A stretch of DNA of 64,000 nt from Anaerolinea thermophila (lineage in GTDB: Bacteria; Chloroflexota; Anaerolineae; Anaerolineales; Anaerolineaceae): NCBI RefSeq assembly GCF_020723905.1, contig NZ_DYHZ01000007.1:41839-105838 (forward strand), in the 5' to 3' direction. Numbering within the stretch: position 1 is the first letter of the stretch; each line of letters opens with the position of its first letter. Below, piece by piece: positions 19,521-27,680 of this stretch. The position numbers and the translations under genes are program-made. Below the pieces are notes generated by a model. The model worked only from the letters and a program-made list of their open reading frames with translations. It ran no database searches and was not told the origin of the DNA.

Positions 19521-20333
19521 TCATGACTCTGCGGGAGGGATGGGCTCTGCCGGGGCATCCAGAAATTCTTTGATCTTACTCATGCACTCTTTGGGTTCGT
19601 CCAGCATGATGAAATGCCCTGCTCTGGGGAAGCGCTCAATGCGGGCATGGGGAACGCCTTTTTTGAGAGGCTCCCACTGACGGGGATGGACGATATTGTC
19701 ACGGTCTCCGTACATTCCCATCACCGGAATACGAATTTCATTCAGACGGGGGCGCAGGTCAGTGCGCCGCAGGGTGGCAATGCTGATCAGGAAGGATTCC
19801 AGCGTCGTCTGGGAGAGGTCGCGATCCATCATATCCGGAAAGCGCGGATCTTTGCAGATGGTGGGGGAGGCAATGCGCATGGCAGCGCGGAAGAGGGGGA
19901 AGAAGGTGAACAACAGCCAAGCGATGGGACGGTACCCTGCAAACTTCAGTGGTAATGCCAGCGAAGAACCCGCGATGGGCGAACCAATCACCACGACCTT
20001 TTGTGCCAGATGGGGATACTGAATCGCAACCGAAAGGCTCACTGTGCCGCCCATGGAATGCCCGATGAGCGGGGCAGAGAGGATACCCAGTTGATCCATA
20101 AATTGAGCCACCAGGCTGATGAAATCCTGCACGTTGTAGGTGTTGCGTTTGGTGCCCGATTCGCCAAATCCCCAGAAATCCAGCGCATAGGTGCGGTAAT
20201 ACTGTCCCAGAAAGGTCATGGTTTCCTGCCAGAGTCCCCACGAACCCAGCCATCCGTGTAAGAGGATGACGGGACGTCCACGCCCATACACTTCATAGTG
20301 AAGGATGCCCTGATCGGTAGTGATGGATGACAA
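19521..20333 (-). CDS. Alpha/beta hydrolase with an intact Ser-Asp-His triad
   Basis: HGWLGSW, ALDFWGFGES, GHSMG, GDRD, GHF; TTG start. Confidence 0.92.
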   Translation of the reverse strand: MSSITTDQGILHYEVYGRGRPVILLHGWLGSWGLWQETMTFLGQYYRTYALDFWGFGESGTKRNTYNVQDFISLVAQFMDQLGILSAPLIGHSMGGTVSLSVAIQYPHLAQKVVVIGSPIAGSSLALPLKFAGYRPIAWLLFTFFPLFRAAMRIASPTICKDPRFPDMMDRDLSQTTLESFLISIATLRRTDLRPRLNEIRIPVMGMYGDRDNIVHPRQWEPLKKGVPHARIERFPRAGHFIMLDEPKECMSKIKEFLDAPAEPIPPAES

Positions 20334-20355
20334 GGTCCCCCCTTTGGAACAGGAA

Positions 20356-20895
20356 TTACTTCCCGCCCTCTTCCATTTCAGCCAGAATGGAGTAAAGCAG
20401 TTCCAGCAGGACGTTCTTGACCGATTCCTTCTTGTGGGCTACACAGGGGAGGAGTTTGGCTTTGGGTTCCAGACGTAACGCCAGGCGCATATCCTCCAGG
20501 TCCCAGGCGTCGGGCAGGTCCTGCTTGTTGGCGGCAACCACGTATGGGGTGGGAGCATAGGCGCGGAAGGTTTGCAGGATACTGCGTGCTTCGCGGAAGG
20601 TTTCGGGACGGGTGCTGTCTACCATGACGATAAAGCCCAGCATCCCTTCTGAGAGAATTTCCCACATGAAATCAAACCGCCGCTGTCCCGGTGTGCCAAA
20701 CAGGTAAAGCACCAGATCGTCATCTACGGTGATGCGTCCAAAATCCATGGCGACGGTCGTGGTTTCTTTGACGCGCTCGGCATCCGAAGAAATTTTACGC
20801 TCGGTGGAGACAACATCAATCTCACTGACCGACCGGATGAAGGCTGTCTTGCCAGCGCTGAAGGGACCTGTGACTACCATCTTAACCGTTTGCAT
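20356..20895 (-). CDS. Small Ras-like GTPase of the MglA/CvnD type
   Basis: G1 GPFSAGKT, switch I TTTVAMDFG, G3 FGTPGQ, G4 ANKQD, G5 PCVA. Confidence 0.92.
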   Translation of the reverse strand: MQTVKMVVTGPFSAGKTAFIRSVSEIDVVSTERKISSDAERVKETTTVAMDFGRITVDDDLVLYLFGTPGQRRFDFMWEILSEGMLGFIVMVDSTRPETFREARSILQTFRAYAPTPYVVAANKQDLPDAWDLEDMRLALRLEPKAKLLPCVAHKKESVKNVLLELLYSILAEMEEGGK

Positions 20896-20934
20896 GAGTG
20901 CTTATCCTAACTCCATGATGAATAGAATAAAGGA

Positions 20935-21765
20935 TTATAAGGAGCGAATCCGGTTGATCAACCGATTCACCAGTGATTTCTGTTCTTCTTTGTCCGGGGT
21001 GGGGAACTGGCGCACCGTTTGCTGTGCAGGGGGGCGGGGTGCCGGCGCACCTTCCGGTCGGACAATTTCCACCAGCCCGGCTTGAATTAATCCATATACC
21101 ACCCGGCGAATTTCCAGGTCGTTCATCTTGGTGGCGCGGGCAATTTGCCGGATGGTATTCCTGGGGTTGACATACGAGACAACCCGCCACTCTTCCAGGC
21201 TGAGGTTGACTTTTTGAATGTTGGTGCCGGGGCGGTCTGTAAATTTCAACGCCATATCCAGACTGGGAATTTCTTCCTGCAATTGCTCCCACTCGCGCAA
21301 CTGCCTTGCGCCTTCAATGATCAGGTTTTCCAGATCCATGCGGATGGTGATTTTGCCATCCGGTGGGGTGACATCCTGATCGAAGCGGAAGAAGCCTTCA
21401 ACCCACGTGAACAACCGGCGCACCACATCAATGAAATAGGTCTGCAAACTGGTGAGGATGTCATCCTGCGTCAGGTAACCGGCGTTGATGAGAAGCAAAC
21501 CGAGTTCTTTATCGGTCATGCTGGAGGCGCGTTCCAGCAAGAGGCGGTACTGGCTCTGGGAGATTTTGCGAGTCTTGTACAGAATGGATGCCAGACTGCC
21601 GTCCTCGTTGCCCAGTTGGGCATAAGCCAGTTTACCCTGCCGGAAATTGATCCGGGCTGTTTCACCGGGTCCTTCAATGACCAGGAGTCCGGTCTTTTGA
21701 GCCAGATTAATCAAATTGAGCAATTGGGTAATGGTAAAATCGCGCAGGTTTCCTTTTAACGCCAT
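20935..21765 (-). CDS. DUF4388 (PATAN) domain protein with a helical insertion and a C-terminal winged-HTH-like domain
   Basis: MALKGNLRDFTITQLLNLINLAQKTGLL..INFRQGKLAYA and WVEGFFRF (PATAN). C-terminal LSLEEWRVVSYVN..IRQIARAT..VYGLIQAGLVEIV. Confidence 0.88.
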   Translation of the reverse strand: MALKGNLRDFTITQLLNLINLAQKTGLLVIEGPGETARINFRQGKLAYAQLGNEDGSLASILYKTRKISQSQYRLLLERASSMTDKELGLLLINAGYLTQDDILTSLQTYFIDVVRRLFTWVEGFFRFDQDVTPPDGKITIRMDLENLIIEGARQLREWEQLQEEIPSLDMALKFTDRPGTNIQKVNLSLEEWRVVSYVNPRNTIRQIARATKMNDLEIRRVVYGLIQAGLVEIVRPEGAPAPRPPAQQTVRQFPTPDKEEQKSLVNRLINRIRSL

Positions 21766-21928
21766 AGCGCCTCGTTGAGGTTGGGGCTTGCTTCAATTAT
21801 ATCTGATTTATGCAAAATGCCCATTACGATTGCCTTACAGAAAATTGTCCTGATACCGATGAAAGATGTTTTTTTTTATCATACAATACCGGTAAGCCGA
21901 CTCTCTGCGGGAATGGTTGAGGCTGGAG

Positions 21929-22816
21929 ATGAAACACTCTTTTTCTGAGGTATGGCAAAAACATGTTCCGGTGATTCTGGACGGAGCAACAGCCACAAAT
22001 CTTCAACGGCGGGGGTTGCCTCTGGGCGTTCCATCAGACCTGTGGACGCTGGAGCGCCCCGATGAAGTCCTGCGCCTTCATCGAGAATTTCTGATGGCGG
22101 GGGCGCAGATCATCTTGACCAATACGTTTGGTTCATCCCGTTTCCGGTTGCGACAGGCAGGCGTGGAGGATCGTTTTGAAGCCACTCTTCAAAAAGCAGT
22201 GGCGCTGGCACGTCAGGCAACCCGGGGGGGTGATTTCGTCTGGGTTGCCGCCTCTCTGGGTCCGCTGGGGGAATGGCTGGAGCCTGTAGGGTCCTTGAGC
22301 CCTGAACAGGCCCGCGTGTTTTATCGGGAACAGGCGCTGGCGCTGGTACAGGCTGGGGTGGACATGCTGGTGATCGAGACTCAAATGGATTTGCGGGAAG
22401 CGCTTGTTGCGGTGGATGCCTGCCGTTCGGTGGGAGAGATCCCGGTGGTTTGTTCCTTTTCCTTTGATGCGCATGGGTGCCTTCTCTCGGGTGAACGTCC
22501 GGCGCAGGTGGCGCGGGCTCTGGAATCGAGCGGGGTGTTGGCATTGGGGGTCAATTGCGGATATGGTTTGGAAGGAAATTTACAAGTCCTTGAGGAGATG
22601 CGCGCTGTCACCGCCTTGCCGCTCTGGTTCAAGCCCAATGCGGGTTTGCCAGTGCTGGACGAAAAGGGGCAAATCGTGTATCCGGTCACGCCGGAGCAAA
22701 TGGGGGCATGTGCCCGGCGCGCGGTTCAGATTGGCGCGCAGTTTGTGGGTGGGTGTTGCGGCACCACGCCGGACCATCTTCGCGCCATTGCGCAGGCGCT
22801 GAGAAAAGCCCGATGA
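21929..22816 (+). CDS. Homocysteine S-methyltransferase family protein (stand-alone MetH Hcy-binding domain)
   Basis: LDGATAT, TNTFG, GVNC, KPNAGLP, GGCCGTTPDH. Confidence 0.9.
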   Translation: MKHSFSEVWQKHVPVILDGATATNLQRRGLPLGVPSDLWTLERPDEVLRLHREFLMAGAQIILTNTFGSSRFRLRQAGVEDRFEATLQKAVALARQATRGGDFVWVAASLGPLGEWLEPVGSLSPEQARVFYREQALALVQAGVDMLVIETQMDLREALVAVDACRSVGEIPVVCSFSFDAHGCLLSGERPAQVARALESSGVLALGVNCGYGLEGNLQVLEEMRAVTALPLWFKPNAGLPVLDEKGQIVYPVTPEQMGACARRAVQIGAQFVGGCCGTTPDHLRAIAQALRKAR

Positions 22817-22817
22817 A

Positions 22818-23507
22818 TCAATAAGGAGAGGTTTCTTCGATATCCAGCCGGTAGCCGACGCCGCGAATAGTTTTGATGAACTGGGGGTGGCGGTAGTCTG
22901 TCTCAATGGCGCGGCGAAGCCATGAGATGTGCACATCCAGGGTGCGGGTGTCTTCAGTGTAATCGGTGTTCCAGGCTTGCTGGAAAAGGCTGTTTCGTTC
23001 GATGACCTCGCCGGGGTGCTCCATCAAAATCCGCAGGATGGTGACCAGCCGGGGGGTTAAACTGGTCTGTCGGTTGCCCACCCGCACCAATCGCTGGGCG
23101 GGGTCCAGCCAGATGGGACCTGCCTGAAGGACGTGTTTGCTTTGCGCGGGAACGAGGGGGCGCAGACGGTTGAGCAACTTCTGCAGGGAGAGAGGAGTGG
23201 TCAGCACCACATCTGCCAGCGATTCGCGGGGATTTTTCCCCCCAGATTGCGGGTCTACGATGAGCAGGATGGGGATATCTCCGGCGTGCAGGCGGATAGC
23301 ATGGCAGATGCGCTTGCCACTGGTGCGCATGGAAGCGGCATCAATGAGAATGACATCGGGGTCAAAAGATTCGATTTGCTCCAAAGCCGCAGAACCATTA
23401 GGAACACTTTCAACATCATAGCCTTTGCGGGTTAAACCCGGCAAGAAGGAAGGATGATCGGACCGTTTTCCTTCAATCAGGAGAATTTTGGCTTTATCGG
23501 GACTCAC
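22818..23507 (-). CDS. OmpR/PhoB-family regulator with an atypical receiver domain
   Basis: The wHTH is intact (LTPR, RTLDVHISWLRRAI, IKTIRGVGYRL). The receiver lacks the second acidic residue, the Thr/Ser switch and the conserved Lys (LTTP instead of xxKP). Confidence 0.88.
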   Translation of the reverse strand: MSPDKAKILLIEGKRSDHPSFLPGLTRKGYDVESVPNGSAALEQIESFDPDVILIDAASMRTSGKRICHAIRLHAGDIPILLIVDPQSGGKNPRESLADVVLTTPLSLQKLLNRLRPLVPAQSKHVLQAGPIWLDPAQRLVRVGNRQTSLTPRLVTILRILMEHPGEVIERNSLFQQAWNTDYTEDTRTLDVHISWLRRAIETDYRHPQFIKTIRGVGYRLDIEETSPY

Positions 23508-23732
23508 AGGTTCTTTTTTCTCCCATGTCGAAGCAAAGTTATGTGCCCTTGCACCCCCGGGCTATCCAGACGGCTTGGCATTGGAGCGTTCAAGGTTGTC
23601 CAGACCCAGTTTCATGGCATTATAATCGAAAACCTTAAAAAAATCCAAAGAAATGTTTCCCAATTTTTTAAGATAACCACAGGAGATTTTGTAAACCTCG
23701 CTTGCAGGTTTCAGCGCAATCGTGAGACTTGC

Positions 23733-24191
23733 TTACTTTCTGGTGTTTTCTTCTTCAATCAGTTTAATAATCGCATTCAGCCCTTCTTTGATGGCATTCA
23801 TTTGAGTCCATCCGATTTGACTGCTCCATTCGTTTTCGATATCTTGAAGAACTTCACGCGCTGCATGATTTAGAGCCTCACCTTTATTGCTTAATCGGAC
23901 AATACTGGCTCTCCGGTCTTTAGGATCCGGTTGTCGTTCCAGGTATCCCCTGGCTTCCAGGTAGTTCACCAGTTCACTCATGGATTGTTTGGTCATTTGC
24001 GCCCGTTCTGCCAGTTCGGTAATGCGCGAACCCTCTGGGTGGATATGCTGGAACACGACAAAATGAGCTGGTCTCAGGTCTGTAAATCCCTTTGCCCGCA
24101 ATCCGGCATCAATTTTTGCCACAATTGCCTGGAAAGGGATGCGTAACATTGCTCCAAGCATGCGCGGATATTCCTGATTGCTTTCCATCAT
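23733..24191 (-). CDS. MarR-family transcriptional regulator
   Basis: ITELAERAQMTKQSMSELVNYLEARGYLERQPDPKDRRA. Confidence 0.93.
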   Translation of the reverse strand: MMESNQEYPRMLGAMLRIPFQAIVAKIDAGLRAKGFTDLRPAHFVVFQHIHPEGSRITELAERAQMTKQSMSELVNYLEARGYLERQPDPKDRRASIVRLSNKGEALNHAAREVLQDIENEWSSQIGWTQMNAIKEGLNAIIKLIEEENTRK

Positions 24192-24204
24192 AGAAAATTC
24201 CCTC

Positions 24205-24256
24205 TTGACAATATAGTCAGGATACCTTACTATTTAGTCAGTTAATCTGACTAAAT
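24205..24256 (+). promoter_or_regulatory. Cupin promoter overlapped by tandem palindromic operators
   Basis: TTGACA(24205)-17-TACTAT(24228). Perfect ATTTAGTCAG-N5-CTGACTAAAT at 24232-24256, and a degenerate copy ATATAGTCAG-N5-CTTACTATTT at 24211-24235. Confidence 0.8.
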
Positions 24257-24277
24257 TGTACTACAGGAGATATAGAG

Positions 24278-24760
24278 ATGGAGTCAAAAACGGGTTTCTT
24301 TTTTTCAGAAAGAGGGCAGGGGGTAACCGTCTGGTTCTTGGGTACCCGGATGCAGTTAAGGGCAAATGGCGATCACACCAATGGATCTTTTGGACTCATT
24401 GAACAGGTTCTTCCCCCGGGCTTTTCCCCTCCAGTTCATGTCCATCATGGGGAAGATGAAGCCTTCTATCTACTGGAAGGGGAGGCTTCTTTTACCTGTG
24501 GCGATGAAACTGTTCACGCTCACCCGGGTACCCTGATCTTCTTTCCTCGTGGTATACCCCACTGGTTTCGAATCACAGGAGACCAGCAGGCACGCTTGAT
24601 CCAGTTTAATTTCCCTGCAGGGCTCGAAAATTTCTTTATCGAAGCGGGCGAAGTATGCGAAGATTCCAAACCTCATCCCATTACACAGGAAGGCATCGAA
24701 AAAATGCTTCACACCGCCATAAAGTATCAGATTGAAATTCTGGGACCTCCTCCTCAGTAG
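24278..24760 (+). CDS. Cupin-domain protein (QueD/quercetinase-like)
   Basis: Metal-binding cupin motifs PVHVHHGEDEAFYLLEG and PRGIPHWF. Confidence 0.8.
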   Translation: MESKTGFFFSERGQGVTVWFLGTRMQLRANGDHTNGSFGLIEQVLPPGFSPPVHVHHGEDEAFYLLEGEASFTCGDETVHAHPGTLIFFPRGIPHWFRITGDQQARLIQFNFPAGLENFFIEAGEVCEDSKPHPITQEGIEKMLHTAIKYQIEILGPPPQ

Positions 24761-24811
24761 ATTCCGGGTAGAATACCCTCCTCAGACCGTGTAATCTTCG
24801 CCGGATAGCAG

Positions 24812-24840
24812 TTGCATCCCCCTTGACGGCATGATAGAAT
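24812..24840 (+). promoter_or_regulatory. Probable promoter of the DUF151 gene
   Basis: TTGCAT-17-(TG)aTAGAAT. Confidence 0.6.
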
Positions 24841-24889
24841 ATGCATAGCACTCCTTAGTTAAATTTCCCGTTTGAGGAAGGGTGATCTC

Positions 24890-25495
24890 ATGTCTAAAAT
24901 GGTTGAGGTGGTCATAGATAGCGTGCGGGTGAGTTTAACGAACCAGCAACGCATCGTTGTCTTACGTGAGGTGAACACCGAACGATATTTACCGATCTGG
25001 ATTGGACCATACGAAGCAGAAGCCATCACCATTGCCCTGCAGGAAATTGAAGTTGCCCGTCCTCAAACCCACGATTTATTGAAGAACGTCCTTACTGCCC
25101 TGAACGCGCGTTTACTGCGCATTGAAGTGGTTGCCCTGCGCGATGAAGTGTTTTTTGGAAATCTCGTGGTAGAAGTCAATGGACGCATTCTGAATATCGA
25201 CTCTCGCCCATCCGATGCGCTGGCGCTGGCGGTGCGTGCTCATGTACCCATCCTGGTTGCCCGCGAAGTGATGGATGTGGCAGGGGTGACCCCGGAAGAT
25301 GATCTGCGCAGTGCCACCTCGCGCACCTCGTCGGCTCCGCTGGCTCCGCCCAGCCCGTCTTCAACTGCCGAAACTGAAGTGGATGCCAGTGAAGAGCGCC
25401 TCTCCGTGTTTGAGGATTTTCTGGCAAATCTCAATCTGGATAAACTGGAAGATGAAGAGGATGAGGGCGACGAGGACGAAAAACCGGATAAATAA
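24890..25495 (+). CDS. Bifunctional nuclease family (DUF151) protein
   Basis: LPIWIGPYEAEAI, RPQTHDL, IDSRPSDALALA; acidic tail. Confidence 0.92.
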   Translation: MSKMVEVVIDSVRVSLTNQQRIVVLREVNTERYLPIWIGPYEAEAITIALQEIEVARPQTHDLLKNVLTALNARLLRIEVVALRDEVFFGNLVVEVNGRILNIDSRPSDALALAVRAHVPILVAREVMDVAGVTPEDDLRSATSRTSSAPLAPPSPSSTAETEVDASEERLSVFEDFLANLNLDKLEDEEDEGDEDEKPDK

Positions 25496-25516
25496 CAACA
25501 GTCGGTTTGAAACGTG

Positions 25517-25545
25517 CGCCCCACAACCTTTGTGGGGCGTTTTTT
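25517..25545 (+). terminator. Intrinsic terminator
   Basis: CGCCCCACAA-cct-TTGTGGGGCG-TTTTTT. Confidence 0.8.
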
Positions 25546-25612
25546 CACCGGAGATGAGAATTTCATCTGGAGCGCCCAAAATCCGATACAATCAAAGCGG
25601 GTAAAGAGAGAA

Positions 25613-26989
25613 ATGATGTCTGACTGGATGCCAGAAGAAGATTCTTCAAATCAAATACAGGGTCCGCCCCACAGCCGCGAAGCCGAAGAAGCGGTTCTGG
25701 GCGCCATTTTAATTGATCCTGAGGCGTACTACAACATTGCCCAGTTTCTGAGGGCGGAAGATTTTTATCTGGTGCGCAACCGCTGGATTTGGGAAGCCTA
25801 CACCCGCCTGCATGAACGCCGCATTCCGGTGGACCTGCTCACCCTTCAGCAGGAACTGGAACAGCAGGGCAGGCTGGCAGAAGTGGGGGGATTGCCCTAT
25901 CTGATGTCGCTGGTCAATCAAACGCCATCCTCCATGAATGCCGAAGCCTATGCCCGCGTGGTCGAAGAACACTCACTGCGCCGCAAGATGATTGCCGCCG
26001 CCAATGAAATGGCGCAAATGGCATACGATCGCCGCACCTCGGTGGATACGCTCATTGATCAGGCGGAAAAGTCCATCTTTACGGTGAGTGAGCGCCGCGT
26101 GCGTCGGGATTTACAGCCCATCCAGACGGTACTCAGCGAGGTGTACGACCGGGTGGATAAACTCTCCCAGCGCAGTGATGAGATCATGGGCGTGCCCACT
26201 GGTCTGGTGGATCTCGACCGCCTCCTGGGTGGATTGCAAAAGTCTGATCTGCTGATTGTCGCCGGACGTCCGGGCATGGGTAAAACCGGCTTTATGCTCT
26301 CGGTGATGAAAAACGCCGCCCAGAAATACAAGAAGCATGTTGCCATGTTCTCGCTGGAAATGTCCAACGAGCAACTGGTTCAGCGCCTCATTGCGCAGGA
26401 AACCGGCATTGATACCCAGCGCTTGCGTACTGGCAAACTTAACGAAGATGAATGGCCTCGTTTCATTCATGCCATTGAGGTGCTGTCCGAAACCCATATC
26501 TTCCTGGACGATACCCCCGCCATCACCCCCATGCAGTTGCGCACCAAGTGCCGCCGTCTGCACATGGAGTACGAACTGGATCTCATCATCGTGGACTACC
26601 TGCAGTTAATGAGCGGAGATGTGCGCACCGATAACCGCGTTCAGGAAGTTTCGTACATCTCCCGCAACCTGAAAATTCTGGCGCGCGAACTGAATGTGCC
26701 TGTGCTGGCGGCGGCGCAGTTGTCTCGCGCTGTCGAACAGCGCGCTGACAAGCGCCCGGTGCTTTCCGACCTGCGCGAATCGGGTAGTCTGGAACAGGAT
26801 GCTGATGTGGTCATGTTCATTCATCGCCCGGATGCGCTGGACAAAGACAGCCCGCGCGCCAATCTGGCAGAGATCATCGTTGCCAAGCACCGCAACGGTC
26901 CAACTCACGGCGGCATTGAACTGGTCTTCCTGAACAATCTGGCACGTTTTGAAAATGCCGCCCCCGCTCCGGGAGCAGGAAGGAGATAA
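25613..26989 (+). CDS. dnaB: Replicative DNA helicase
   Basis: PPHSREAEEAVLGAIL, AGRPGMGKT, FSLEM, IVDYLQL, QLSRAVEQR, LRESGSLEQDAD, KHRNGPT. No intein. Confidence 0.97.
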   Translation: MMSDWMPEEDSSNQIQGPPHSREAEEAVLGAILIDPEAYYNIAQFLRAEDFYLVRNRWIWEAYTRLHERRIPVDLLTLQQELEQQGRLAEVGGLPYLMSLVNQTPSSMNAEAYARVVEEHSLRRKMIAAANEMAQMAYDRRTSVDTLIDQAEKSIFTVSERRVRRDLQPIQTVLSEVYDRVDKLSQRSDEIMGVPTGLVDLDRLLGGLQKSDLLIVAGRPGMGKTGFMLSVMKNAAQKYKKHVAMFSLEMSNEQLVQRLIAQETGIDTQRLRTGKLNEDEWPRFIHAIEVLSETHIFLDDTPAITPMQLRTKCRRLHMEYELDLIIVDYLQLMSGDVRTDNRVQEVSYISRNLKILARELNVPVLAAAQLSRAVEQRADKRPVLSDLRESGSLEQDADVVMFIHRPDALDKDSPRANLAEIIVAKHRNGPTHGGIELVFLNNLARFENAAPAPGAGRR

Positions 26990-26993
26990 TCCC

Positions 26994-27680
26994 ATGGCGT
27001 TTCAAGGCTTTCCATCGGGTAAGGTGCGCATGGTGCCCATCCCGGAGCCGTTCTTTACCGAACTGCTTCCGCAGGTGGATCATCTGGGCGAATTGAAGGT
27101 GATTCTTTTTGCGCTATGGTATGTTTCACGCATGGAAGCCCCTATTCGTTTCCTTGCCTACCAGGATTTTGCCCGTGATGAAATGCTGATGCACACACTG
27201 GGCGATTGGCATCAACTGGATGATGCGCTTGAGCGGGCGGTGCAGCGTGGCGTGTTTCTGCGGGTGCTTCCAGAGGGACGGGGGCTCAAAGAAGCCCTTT
27301 ATTTCCTCAACACCCCGCGTGGACGCGCCGCCGTTGAAGCCATCCAGCGCGGTGAATGGCATCCTGAAGAGGAGCCCCATCCGACGGTTACGCTTGTGGT
27401 GGAGCGTCCCAACATTTACCGCCTGTATGAAGACAATATCGGTCCGCTCACCCCACTGATTGCCGATCTACTGGAAGAGGCTGAAAAAACCTATCCGCAC
27501 TCGTGGATCGAAGAGGCGTTTCAAATTGCCGTGGAACGCAATGTGCGCAACTGGAAGTATATCCAGGCAATACTCAAATCTTGGCAGGAGGAAGGTCGGG
27601 ATGGAGAAAATAGACGGTCCTCTGAAGAGAATCGCCGACGCTATATCGAAGGGAAATACGCCGACTTCATCGAACACTGA
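26994..27680 (+). CDS. DnaD-domain replication protein
   Basis: IYRLYEDNIGPLTP..AFQIAVERNVRNWKYIQAILKSW (DnaD/DnaB_2 domain). An AGGAG RBS precedes ATG 26994. Confidence 0.9.
   Translation: MAFQGFPSGKVRMVPIPEPFFTELLPQVDHLGELKVILFALWYVSRMEAPIRFLAYQDFARDEMLMHTLGDWHQLDDALERAVQRGVFLRVLPEGRGLKEALYFLNTPRGRAAVEAIQRGEWHPEEEPHPTVTLVVERPNIYRLYEDNIGPLTPLIADLLEEAEKTYPHSWIEEAFQIAVERNVRNWKYIQAILKSWQEEGRDGENRRSSEENRRRYIEGKYADFIEH

Noticed and set aside
23562-23615. 17-aa upstream ORF (MKLGLDNLERSNAKPSG) on the minus strand before the atypical response regulator
   Set aside because: The ATG is only 3 nt from the putative TATAAT, so it would lie upstream of the TSS. It has no SD, no informative codon bias and no recognisable riboswitch motif.
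26150-26165. DnaA-box-like GTGGATAA near dnaB
   Set aside because: It is a single imperfect match inside coding sequence. There is no box cluster or AT-rich unwinding element, so there is no evidence for oriC here.
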